From: Pyrobaculum sp. | GTDB taxonomy: Archaea > Thermoproteota > Thermoprotei > Thermoproteales > Thermoproteaceae | Length of the DNA: 11,118 bases | Reading direction: 5' to 3' | NCBI GenBank assembly: GCA_046293555.1 | Contig: JBKBOT010000040.1 | Location: 1-11,118, forward strand | Shown: positions 1 to 6,773 of the stretch, piece after piece | How the letters are laid out: the number at the start of each line of letters is the position of its first letter | How positions within the stretch are numbered: position 1 is the first letter of the stretch | Position numbers and translations under genes: made by a program | The notes under the pieces: generated by a model | What the model was told of the DNA's origin: nothing | What the model saw: only the letters and a program-made list of their open reading frames with translations | Databases searched by the model: none

Positions 1-42
1 TGCCGTTTTCTATATAGCTATGTCGGGGATTATGTAGAGACT

Positions 43-1593
43 TTGGACACCACGTTGCGAGACGGCGTGCAGGGCGCCAACGTCTCATTCACCCTTGAGG
101 ACAAGATCAAGATCGCCCTTGCCCTAGACGGGCTGGGGGTGGATTACATCGAGGGTGGGTGGCCTTACTCCAACCCGAAAGACCTGGAGTTCTTCAGGGC
201 GATGAGGGAGTACTCCCTCGACGCCAGGCTGGCGGCTTTTGGCAGCACTAGGCGTAAGGGCGTACGGCCTCACAAAGACGAGTCTCTTAACGCCATCGTG
301 AAGGCAGATGTGCCGACGGCCGTCATTTTTGGCAAGAGTTGGACTCTCCACGTGGAGAAGGTGCTGGAGACCACCTGGGGGGAGAACCTGGCCATGATTG
401 CCGAAAGTGTGGAGTACCTTAGGGAACACGGCATGGAGGTGATTTACGACGCCGAGCATTTCTACCAGGGGTTTCTGGAGGACGCCGAGAGGGCGCTGGA
501 GTCTATAGAGGCGGCGTGGAGGGCCGGGGCGCGGGTGGTGGTGCTCGCCGACACAAATGGCGGCACGCCGCCACATGAGGTCTATAGGGTCACGCTGGAG
601 GTGAGGCGCCGCTTTCCAAACATGCCGCTGGGGGCCCATATGCATGACGACATAGGCTGCGCCGTGGCTAATACCCTCATGGCGGTGGCGGCCGGGGCTA
701 GACACGTCCAGGGCACTATAAACGGCGTGGGGGAGAGGACCGGCAATGCAGACCTGGCGGCAGTATTGCCAACTCTGGCGCTAAAGATGGGGTTTAGGGT
801 GCTGAAGGGGAGGGGTCTGGCGGCGCTGCGGGAAGTCTCCAAGCTGGTCTACGAGGCGTTGGGCATCCAGCCAGATCCCTACCAGCCCTACGTGGGGGAG
901 TTCGCCTTTGCGCATAAGGGTGGCGTACACGCAGCCGCCGTGGCGAAAGTGCCCAGGGCGTATGAACATATAGACCCCCAGCTTGTGGGAAACAGGAGGG
1001 TTTTTGTGGTGTCTGAAGTAGCCGGCTCGGCCAGCCTTGTCCTAAGGGCGGCGGAGGAGGTGGGGATCTCTCTAGACAAGAGGCAGGAGGCCGTCAGGAG
1101 GGCGCTGGAGGAGGTCAAGAGGCTGGAGCGTCTGGGCTACTCCTTCGACGCCGCCCCAGCCTCGGCCATATTGATCCTCCTGAAGCACCTAGGCCTATAT
1201 AGGGAGAGGTTTAAGCTGTTGGAATGGCGGGTGGTGACGGGGCCTACGGCCACCTCCTACGCGGTGGTGAAGGTGGCGGTAGACGGCAGGGAGGCGCTGG
1301 AGGCGGGAGAGGGCGTGGGGCCCGTCCACGCGGTGGACATGGCGTTGAAAAAAGTCTTCACGTCGGCCTTCCCAGAGCTGCTGGGGGTACAGCTTACAGA
1401 CTACCGGGTAGTACTCCCAACAATTGTCAAAAGTACTGAAAGTCTCGTGAGAGTAACTGTAGAGTTTACAAATGGCGACAAGACGTGGAGAACTGTAGGC
1501 CTCTCGACCAACGTGGTGGAGGCCTCCATAAGGGCGATTGTAGACGCTTACGACTTTGCCCTCCAGCTGTCCACACTGTGGACTAACAAGTAG
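43..1593 (+). CDS. cimA: Citramalate synthase / 2-isopropylmalate synthase family (DRE-TIM metallolyase with C-terminal allosteric domain)
   Basis: Motifs DTTLRDGxQ, IEGGWPYSNPKD, LADTNGG, HMHDDIGCAVAN, GTINGVGERTGNA, AFAHKGGVH and GVGPVHAVD. The true start is uncertain: the frame is open back to base 1 (YVGDYVETLDTT), so 43 probably truncates the N-terminus. Confidence 0.88.
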   Translation: MDTTLRDGVQGANVSFTLEDKIKIALALDGLGVDYIEGGWPYSNPKDLEFFRAMREYSLDARLAAFGSTRRKGVRPHKDESLNAIVKADVPTAVIFGKSWTLHVEKVLETTWGENLAMIAESVEYLREHGMEVIYDAEHFYQGFLEDAERALESIEAAWRAGARVVVLADTNGGTPPHEVYRVTLEVRRRFPNMPLGAHMHDDIGCAVANTLMAVAAGARHVQGTINGVGERTGNADLAAVLPTLALKMGFRVLKGRGLAALREVSKLVYEALGIQPDPYQPYVGEFAFAHKGGVHAAAVAKVPRAYEHIDPQLVGNRRVFVVSEVAGSASLVLRAAEEVGISLDKRQEAVRRALEEVKRLERLGYSFDAAPASAILILLKHLGLYRERFKLLEWRVVTGPTATSYAVVKVAVDGREALEAGEGVGPVHAVDMALKKVFTSAFPELLGVQLTDYRVVLPTIVKSTESLVRVTVEFTNGDKTWRTVGLSTNVVEASIRAIVDAYDFALQLSTLWTNK

Positions 1594-2357
1594 ATTATCA
1601 CCGACGTGAAGACCCACGCCACGACCGCCAAAAGGCCCAAGCCCCCCACCTCTTTAGGCAGGTCGGTAGCCGCCACAGCCAGCCCCCACACCGCGTTTAT
1701 AGCCCCGTGGAGGGAGGCACAGGGGAAGGCGCTAGAGGACACTCTCCTCACTACGGCCATTGGGTATGAAAACGCTGTAGTCAACAGCGGGAAGAGAAAT
1801 ACGCCGAGGGGTCGGCTTTCTGGGTAGTTATGTCCAATTAACAAAATCGCCGGGGCGTGCCAGAAGCCCCACACGACGCCCGTAACGACGGCGGCTTTAG
1901 TTAAGCTAAAGCCGGCGGCCTCCAGTCTGGCTTGAAGAAATCCCCTCCAGCCGACCTCCTCGCCTAATGCAAACAGGGCGTTTATCGTAATTGCGGCGAT
2001 ATAGCCACCCACCAGCGCCACAAGGAGTGTAGACGTTGGGAGGGGTTTTGCGACCCCCATGGAGGCGGCTATTAGGTAGTAAAACGCGAGGGCCAGGTAT
2101 GCCACAAGTGGCGACGTTAGGTACATGACAGCCGCCCTTGCGTCTATACGGAGCGCCTCTCTCACCGCCTTAATCCCGGCGGCCAGAATTACGGCCACGG
2201 TGGGGCTATACATCCTGAGGCCCCCCCACGCTAAAAACGCCGCAGTTCTAACAACCACGTCGCCAGAGGTCAACATGCCGTAAAACGCCACGTCCACCAA
2301 CGCCGCCAGCGCCATGGAGGACACGACATATCTCAAGAGGGGAGACACCCAACCCAT
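1548..2357 (-). CDS. CPBP family intramembrane glutamic endopeptidase (Abi/CAAX protease)
   Basis: Multiple hydrophobic helices with EEVGWRG, WGFWH and LHGAIN motifs. ATG at 2357 (MGWVSP) preferred over TTG at 2384. Overlaps the cimA 3' end by 46 bp. Confidence 0.88.
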   Translation of the reverse strand: MGWVSPLLRYVVSSMALAALVDVAFYGMLTSGDVVVRTAAFLAWGGLRMYSPTVAVILAAGIKAVREALRIDARAAVMYLTSPLVAYLALAFYYLIAASMGVAKPLPTSTLLVALVGGYIAAITINALFALGEEVGWRGFLQARLEAAGFSLTKAAVVTGVVWGFWHAPAILLIGHNYPESRPLGVFLFPLLTTAFSYPMAVVRRVSSSAFPCASLHGAINAVWGLAVAATDLPKEVGGLGLLAVVAWVFTSVIIYLLVHSVDSWRAKS

Positions 2358-2358
2358 A

Positions 2359-2538
2359 TCAACGCCGCCACCACATGTCGCCAACTCCGTCTAGACGCAA
2401 AATCGGCGGGCTATCTCGGCTATTCCAACATGCCCAAGAGTCGTCAGCCGGTGGCGTCTCTAAAGGCTGCCACTGCGTCACGGCCTTTCTGCTAGCCGCT
2501 GTGTCCATGTCTATATGCAGCGCGTCGTTACACTTCAC
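2359..2538 (-). CDS. Candidate 59-aa hypothetical protein, below the ORF-track cut-off
   Basis: GTG at 2538 reads VKCNDALHIDMDTAASRKAVTQWQPLETPPADDSWACWNSRDSPPILRLDGVGDMWWRR-stop. CTTATAAA box begins 27 nt upstream. The TGA stop is followed by 1 nt and then the CPBP ATG. Confidence 0.3.
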   Translation of the reverse strand: MKCNDALHIDMDTAASRKAVTQWQPLETPPADDSWACWNSRDSPPILRLDGVGDMWWRR

Positions 2539-2557
2539 ACATGTGATGTCGCTTTGG

Positions 2558-2565
2558 TTTATAAG
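2558..2565 (-). promoter_or_regulatory. Putative TATA box (CTTATAAA on -, TTTATAAG on +)
   Basis: The clearest TATA-like element in the 2385-2773 gap. Orientation is ambiguous. Confidence 0.4.
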
Positions 2566-2692
2566 CTCACTATGGCGGTCTCCAGTCTATCCACACTGCC
2601 GCCTCCAGTCGACGTGACAAAAAGGCGCTATTCCAGATGCCGCCCTGCATCTACACAGAGTTCTCAGCCTCCAAGGCGGAAATAGCCGGGGA

Positions 2693-2704
2693 TGTCATAT
2701 GACA
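2693..2704. repeat. Perfect 12-bp palindrome TGTCATATGACA
   Basis: Read directly from the sequence in intergenic DNA. Function unknown. Confidence 0.5.
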
Positions 2705-2773
2705 GTAGGCCCACATCTTGCCCCCTTTGGCGGGTTCAGACGTGGGAGTGTCTTGGTGGCTGCGTGTTGGCAG

Positions 2774-3280
2774 CTACTTGACTTCTATTAGCTCTACCTG
2801 GAGGGTTTTTGTGTCTAGTAGGGCGGCTGTCTTTTTTTCTCCGGCGCATCCGCAGAGCTCCCCGGGGTTTATGAGGAGGGTGCCGTTTAGCCGCCTGACC
2901 TCCGGCCTGTGGGTGTGTCCGTATATCACCACGTCAAAGAGACTTGACCTAGCCATGGCCTCCACCAGGATGTCCGACGTGCCGTGATATATGCCTATCT
3001 TTAAGCCGTCTACCTCCAGGGCGCCGGCCTCGCCCAGGATCTCCACGGCGGCCTCCCTGGCCTTGACGGCAAAGTTGTGCCTATCGCCGTCGTTGTTGCC
3101 AAAAACTGTGACTATCCTCGCCTCTGGCCCCACGGCCCGCCTTAATTTAAGCATGCTGAAGGGGGAGGTCCAGTCCCCGGCGTGTACCACCACCCGCGCC
3201 CCCATGGAGTGGAGCCTTCTCCCCACCGCAATTAGGGCCTGCCAGTCGTCGTGGCTGTCTGAAATCACGCCAATTAGCAC
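2774..3280 (-). CDS. Metallophosphoesterase, YfcE/MJ0936 family
   Basis: Motifs ISDSHD, HAGD, GNND, IYHG, GHTH and INPGE. GTG start lies 26 nt after a TTTAAATA box. Confidence 0.92.
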   Translation of the reverse strand: MLIGVISDSHDDWQALIAVGRRLHSMGARVVVHAGDWTSPFSMLKLRRAVGPEARIVTVFGNNDGDRHNFAVKAREAAVEILGEAGALEVDGLKIGIYHGTSDILVEAMARSSLFDVVIYGHTHRPEVRRLNGTLLINPGELCGCAGEKKTAALLDTKTLQVELIEVK

Positions 3281-3298
3281 AGGTGGGACTGATGTGCA

Positions 3299-3306
3299 TA
3301 TTTAAA
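3299..3306 (-). promoter_or_regulatory. TATA box TTTAAATA for the leaderless phosphoesterase gene
   Basis: Archaeal TATA consensus preceded by an A-rich BRE-like stretch. First T is 26 nt upstream of the GTG. Confidence 0.65.
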
Positions 3307-3370
3307 TTTGTCCCCCTTGAGCCAGTTTGTAACAAATTAACACTTTAAATAGGTAAATACAGATGCCAAC

Positions 3371-3430
3371 AGGACTGCCACGGGGCTTGAGGCAGTGCGG
3401 GGGTGGCCTGGCCGGGGGGCCGGCCTCATG
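3371..3430 (+). ncRNA. Candidate structured small RNA with two GC-rich hairpins
   Basis: Intergenic segment with 46/60 G+C. Stems ACTGCC(3374-79)/GGCAGT(3391-96) and GGCC-T-GGCC(3405-13)/GGCC-GGCC(3418-25). TTTAAATA at 3344-3351 lies about 27 nt upstream. Confidence 0.25.
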
Positions 3431-3438
3431 GCGAGAGG

Positions 3439-3852
3439 TTAGGTGGCTTCCGGCGGGCTGGCGTTTTCCCGCCACGCATTTATTAACTCTTCTGGACATC
3501 TTATGGCCGTCAGAGTTTCCCCCTCCGCGTCGACACATACCACCACTATGTGCCCCTCCGCCGCCTTTGCGCCCCTGGTGATGTTATATATCTCAAATAG
3601 GTACTTCACGGCCCTTGTCCTCACCTCGCCTGCCCACAGCCTTACCGACACCTCGTCCCCCCTAGCCACTGGAGAGGTGAAGGAGATATACACCTCCCTC
3701 CTGGGGAGCCTGGCGTGTGTCTTTAAAAGGCCTCTGCTGGTGTAGAAATCCTCCTCTGCCTGCTCCACGAGAGTTAGTATTCGGCTGAAGTGTGCAATAC
3801 CTGCGGCGTCTGTGTGGTGCCAGTAGATCTTGTACCTAGCCTCGAAAGGCAT
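3439..3852 (-). CDS. Acyl-CoA thioesterase, 4HBT/YbgC hotdog family
   Basis: YKIYWHHTDAAGIAHF motif and ISFTSPVARGD. ATG at 3852 is 1 nt after the VKOR stop and has an AGGTGA Shine-Dalgarno-like site. Confidence 0.88.
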   Translation of the reverse strand: MPFEARYKIYWHHTDAAGIAHFSRILTLVEQAEEDFYTSRGLLKTHARLPRREVYISFTSPVARGDEVSVRLWAGEVRTRAVKYLFEIYNITRGAKAAEGHIVVVCVDAEGETLTAIRCPEELINAWRENASPPEAT

Positions 3853-3853
3853 G

Positions 3854-4258
3854 TCACCTGAGTAAAACCACAGCTGTGGCAAGTCCCACCATGTGGGCTA
3901 CTGTGCAGTAGAGACAGAGGGCCCTTAGCCTCGCCTCGATGGCCGCCAGCGTCGCCACGCCCACAATCCCCACAACTGCCCAGAAGGCGCCCAGCCCGAG
4001 GTAGCGTGCTGGCACCACGCCGAGGAACCAGAGGGCGCCTAGATGTTCTAGAGGCACGCCGAGAGGTCTCGCGTATGGGGAAGACAGCACCACCTCACAT
4101 CTGCCCCCCTTCCTGCAGAGAGAGGGAGGCTTTTGGAAGAGGGTGTGGAAAACACCCGCCGCCGCCAGTAGCCACAACGCCACGTCTCTGGCGGCTAGCA
4201 TGTATGCCGCCACGCCGGCCGCCGTGAGGAGGAGAGTGGGGAGGTACACAAGCCCCAT
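3854..4258 (-). CDS. Vitamin K epoxide reductase (VKOR) family membrane protein
   Basis: Loop cysteine pair C48/C54 followed by VLSSPYA..LGVP, and a C-terminal active-site LCLYC..AH motif in a transmembrane helix. Confidence 0.88.
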   Translation of the reverse strand: MGLVYLPTLLLTAAGVAAYMLAARDVALWLLAAAGVFHTLFQKPPSLCRKGGRCEVVLSSPYARPLGVPLEHLGALWFLGVVPARYLGLGAFWAVVGIVGVATLAAIEARLRALCLYCTVAHMVGLATAVVLLR

Positions 4259-4319
4259 ATTTCTCCAAATATATTTTTTCTGATGCCCACAAAATTTATT
4301 TTACGGCCATGTCTCCTCC
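4259..4319. promoter_or_regulatory. AT-rich divergent promoter region between VKOR and CoxG
   Basis: AAAA-TTTATTTT about 25 nt upstream of ATG 4320, plus an AT tract toward VKOR. Confidence 0.5.
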
Positions 4320-4748
4320 ATGCATTTAGTGGAGTCCGGCGAGTTTGCCGTAAGAAGGCCGGCGGGGGAGGTTATGGCTGTTATAAAAAATCCAGAACTT
4401 GCGGCGAGGTTAATTCCAGGCCTCTCTAAGGTGTCGCAAACTGGCGGCGAGTATACGGGAGAGATGACGGTAAGGCTGGGCCATCTCTCCGGCAGGATGA
4501 ACGTCAGGTTTAGACAGGAGGTTATGGAAGATGGGGTGGCCATAGTGGGGAGGGCTACTGGCCTCCAGACTGTGGCAAATTTCCACATATCTATCTCCCT
4601 ACAGCCGCGGGGGGACTCCACGTTGGTGAGATGGACTTTTGAGGGGGACGCCACCGGCCTCGTGGCCACCCTTGCCCCCAGCCTGGTGAGAGACGCCTTG
4701 AGAAAAACCGCGCGGGAGGTGGCAAAAAACCTGGCGGAGAGCCTCTAG
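4320..4748 (+). CDS. CoxG / SRPBCC (START-like) domain protein
   Basis: ESGEFAV..P..EVMAVIKNPELAARLIPG N-terminus, alternating beta-strands and a C-terminal amphipathic helix. Confidence 0.8.
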   Translation: MHLVESGEFAVRRPAGEVMAVIKNPELAARLIPGLSKVSQTGGEYTGEMTVRLGHLSGRMNVRFRQEVMEDGVAIVGRATGLQTVANFHISISLQPRGDSTLVRWTFEGDATGLVATLAPSLVRDALRKTAREVAKNLAESL

Positions 4749-5593
4749 CGTTTTATATAGTCCCTTATCGCCTTGGCTATCTCCCCCGCCACGTCCACGC
4801 CCGTGGCCTTCTGGACGTTTTTAAACTCCGGCACGCCGTTTATTTCCAGCACCAGGTAGCCTCTTGGCGACTCCACCACGTCTACGCCCGTGTAGAGCGC
4901 CCCCACCGCCTCGCTTGCCCTTACCGCAATCTCCTCCAGCTCTGGGTCTATCTCTACGGGCTCTGCCTTGCCCCCCCTGGCGGTGTTGGTACGCCAGTCG
5001 GCGGGGCTTATCCTATATATCGCCGCCACCGCCCTCTGCCCCACCACCGCCACCCGGATGTCGCGGCCGGGCTTGTCTATATACTCCTGGACTAGGTATA
5101 GATGCATGTCGCTCTCCATGGCCTGCCGGTGCGCCGCGATGGCCTCCAGGTCTTCTGCCGACTTGGCCAGACTTACAAACCTCCCCCACGAGCCGTCTGT
5201 AGGCTTTATGATAACTGGGTAGCTCAACCTCTCTGCCGCAGCCCTGGCGGCAGTGGGGCCAAAGGCGAGGAGGGTCCTGGGGGTTGGCACCCCCGCCCCC
5301 CTCAACACCAGGTAGGTTAGGTACTTGTCGTGTGTCACCACTAGCGACTGGGCGGAGTTTATAGACTGGCCCCCCGCCAGCTCGTAGGTATAGGCGGTGG
5401 GGATTACCCTAGGGCGGGCCGCCAGCCTGACCACCCCCACCTGCCCCAAGCCGTCTGGGGCTAGGGCCTCCTCGAGGTTTATTAGCCTCGGGGCGAGGCC
5501 CACCGCCCTTAGGGCGTATATCAGTAGCCTCTCGTCTAGCCGAGCCACGTCGTAGAGGAAGTCTATTTCCCCATGGCCCCGCCAATCTCCCAC
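4745..5593 (-). CDS. lysX: LysX/ArgX-type RimK family ATP-grasp ligase
   Basis: Motifs KPTDGSWGR, QEYIDKPGRDIR, WRTNTARGG, GVDVVES and LEINGVPEFKN. Start is doubtful (see findings). LysX versus ArgX cannot be resolved from sequence alone. Confidence 0.8.
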   Translation of the reverse strand: MGDWRGHGEIDFLYDVARLDERLLIYALRAVGLAPRLINLEEALAPDGLGQVGVVRLAARPRVIPTAYTYELAGGQSINSAQSLVVTHDKYLTYLVLRGAGVPTPRTLLAFGPTAARAAAERLSYPVIIKPTDGSWGRFVSLAKSAEDLEAIAAHRQAMESDMHLYLVQEYIDKPGRDIRVAVVGQRAVAAIYRISPADWRTNTARGGKAEPVEIDPELEEIAVRASEAVGALYTGVDVVESPRGYLVLEINGVPEFKNVQKATGVDVAGEIAKAIRDYIKR

Positions 5594-5594
5594 C

Positions 5595-5612
5595 TATATA
5601 AACTTTTTTATA
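5595..5612. promoter_or_regulatory. Back-to-back TATA boxes: TTTATATA (- strand, 5602-5595) and TTTTTTATA (+ strand, 5604-5612)
   Basis: About 28 nt upstream of ATG 5574 (-) and about 29 nt upstream of ATG 5633 (+). Confidence 0.6.
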
Positions 5613-5632
5613 GTCTCTTCTTCATCTTCTCT

Positions 5633-5821
5633 ATGGCTGGCTTCAACGCCGTTGTGGCCCTAAGCGCGGTGGCTGTGGCGTTAGGCGGCTTGACTCTAGT
5701 CTCCACCCTGTCTAACCCCTCTCTGGACCTGTGGATTGTGGCTAGAGACCTGGCTCTCTCCACCTTGGCGGTATCTATAGGACTCGCGGCGCCTTTCCTC
5801 TATAGAAGGTTTAGGGCGTGA
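5633..5821 (+). CDS. 62-aa two-helix membrane microprotein, paralog A
   Basis: ATG at 5633 fits the TATA spacing. Two hydrophobic helices flank SNPSLD..ARDL, with a basic tail. 31/60 ungapped identities to the next ORF. Confidence 0.8.
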   Translation: MAGFNAVVALSAVAVALGGLTLVSTLSNPSLDLWIVARDLALSTLAVSIGLAAPFLYRRFRA

Positions 5822-5851
5822 CCTATAAATAGCCCCTCTTTTTTCCCAGTT

Positions 5852-6037
5852 ATGAGAGTTGTGGTCTACATACTGAGCCCCGTCGCCGTGGTGCTAGGGC
5901 TGTTGTTTCTCATCAGCGCCGTGTCGAACCCGTCGCTAGACCCGGTGGTACAGGCTAGAGACCTCGGCACCTCCATAGTGGCTGTGGCGTTGGGAGTCCT
6001 GGCCCCCATACTTGTGAGGAGGTTTTCTCGTGAATAA
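5852..6037 (+). CDS. 61-aa two-helix membrane microprotein, paralog B
   Basis: Same architecture and motif as paralog A. CTATAAATA at 5823-5831 upstream. Stop overlaps the next GTG start by 8 nt. Confidence 0.82.
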   Translation: MRVVVYILSPVAVVLGLLFLISAVSNPSLDPVVQARDLGTSIVAVALGVLAPILVRRFSRE

Positions 6038-6458
6038 ACCCACGCCCGAGGCCTTCAAGCCCTTTGACGCCGTGTTCAAGAGGGGGAGGTTTGTAGAGGA
6101 GTGGAATGTGGAGCTATACCTCTCCGGCGCCTACATGTGTGCCGTCAAGCTCTTCCTGGGGCGGCCGCCTTACTACAGGCCGTGGGCCGAGGTCTTCAAC
6201 CTGGCCCCCCTAGTAGAGACGCCGTGGGAGAAGAGGCTCTACTGTATGCTGTACAGACTGCTGGAGCCCGGAGAGGTGGCCTACGTGGAGTATGTAGACG
6301 ACGCCGAGACCTACGCCGCCTTGAGGGGGGGCACCCCGCCGGCGGAGACCCGGCTGGGGAGGCTGCTGGAGGGATGCGGCTTCCGTGTGGTGAGAGATCT
6401 CTACTTCCCCGAGGGGTGGCTTGAGGGGGGCGTGAAGCTCCAGGCGGCTAGGCCGTAG
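6030..6458 (+). CDS. DUF1122 family protein
   Basis: Recognised from [37 protein letters not shown] and [17 protein letters not shown]. Confidence 0.78.
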   Translation: MNKPTPEAFKPFDAVFKRGRFVEEWNVELYLSGAYMCAVKLFLGRPPYYRPWAEVFNLAPLVETPWEKRLYCMLYRLLEPGEVAYVEYVDDAETYAALRGGTPPAETRLGRLLEGCGFRVVRDLYFPEGWLEGGVKLQAARP

Positions 6459-6735
6459 GGAGTATTTTAAAGTCTTGAAACTCGCCTCTATATTCCCCCC
6501 AGCTGACCTCCACCGCCTCTACCCTGGCGCCGGGGGGCCCCACCCCCGCCCACTGGATTACTTTCTCCACCGCCTCCCTCTCCCCCTCTAGCACGGCCTC
6601 CACAGTTCTGCCGTCTGAAAGATTTCTAACCCAACCCACCACCCCGTGCCTCCTGGCCACCTCCCGCATGGACTGGCGGAAGAAAACCCCCTGTACCCTC
6701 CCCCTGACGTATATGTGGGCCCTCACCCGCCCCAT
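6448..6735 (-). CDS. acyP: Acylphosphatase
   Basis: [11 protein letters not shown] and GWVRNLSDG signatures. ATG at 6735 is 26 nt after TTATATAG. Confidence 0.95.
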   Translation of the reverse strand: MGRVRAHIYVRGRVQGVFFRQSMREVARRHGVVGWVRNLSDGRTVEAVLEGEREAVEKVIQWAGVGPPGARVEAVEVSWGEYRGEFQDFKILPTA

Positions 6736-6742
6736 GGCAGCC

Positions 6743-6761
6743 AAAAGTTTTATCTATATAA
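6743..6761. promoter_or_regulatory. Shared divergent TATA region for acyP and deoC
   Basis: AAAAG-TTTTATCTATATAA in a 38-nt gap. Each ATG lies about 26 nt from its box. Confidence 0.6.
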
Positions 6762-6773
6762 CCTCTCCTCCCC

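Noticed and set aside
124-1827. Antisense and alternate-frame ORFs over cimA and CPBP (e.g. 124-705, 1195-1617, 1606-1827)
   Set aside because: Shadow ORFs of high-GC coding sequence with no recognisable motifs.
2375-2617. 80-aa + strand ORF in the gap
   Set aside because: No promoter, Ser/Cys-rich composition, no motif, and it conflicts with the CPBP upstream region.
3382-3419. Possible G-quadruplex in the intergenic GC island
   Set aside because: Only three tracts of three or more G. Hairpins explain the sequence better.
3302-3581. ORFs 3363-3581 (+) and 3302-3538 (-)
   Set aside because: Low-complexity Pro/Gly/Arg translations overlapping the thioesterase. ATG 3363 is too close to the TATA box at 3344.
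5573-5632. N-terminal extension of the 82-aa ORF
   Set aside because: It spans the divergent TATA boxes. The paralog alignment supports ATG 5633.
5840-5898. TGATGA C-box-like motif on the - strand near 5890
   Set aside because: No properly spaced CTGA D box, and it lies within a CDS.
5633-6037. Small ORFs next to lysX as LysW carrier proteins
   Set aside because: No zinc-ribbon cysteines and no C-terminal EDWGE. They are hydrophobic membrane peptides.
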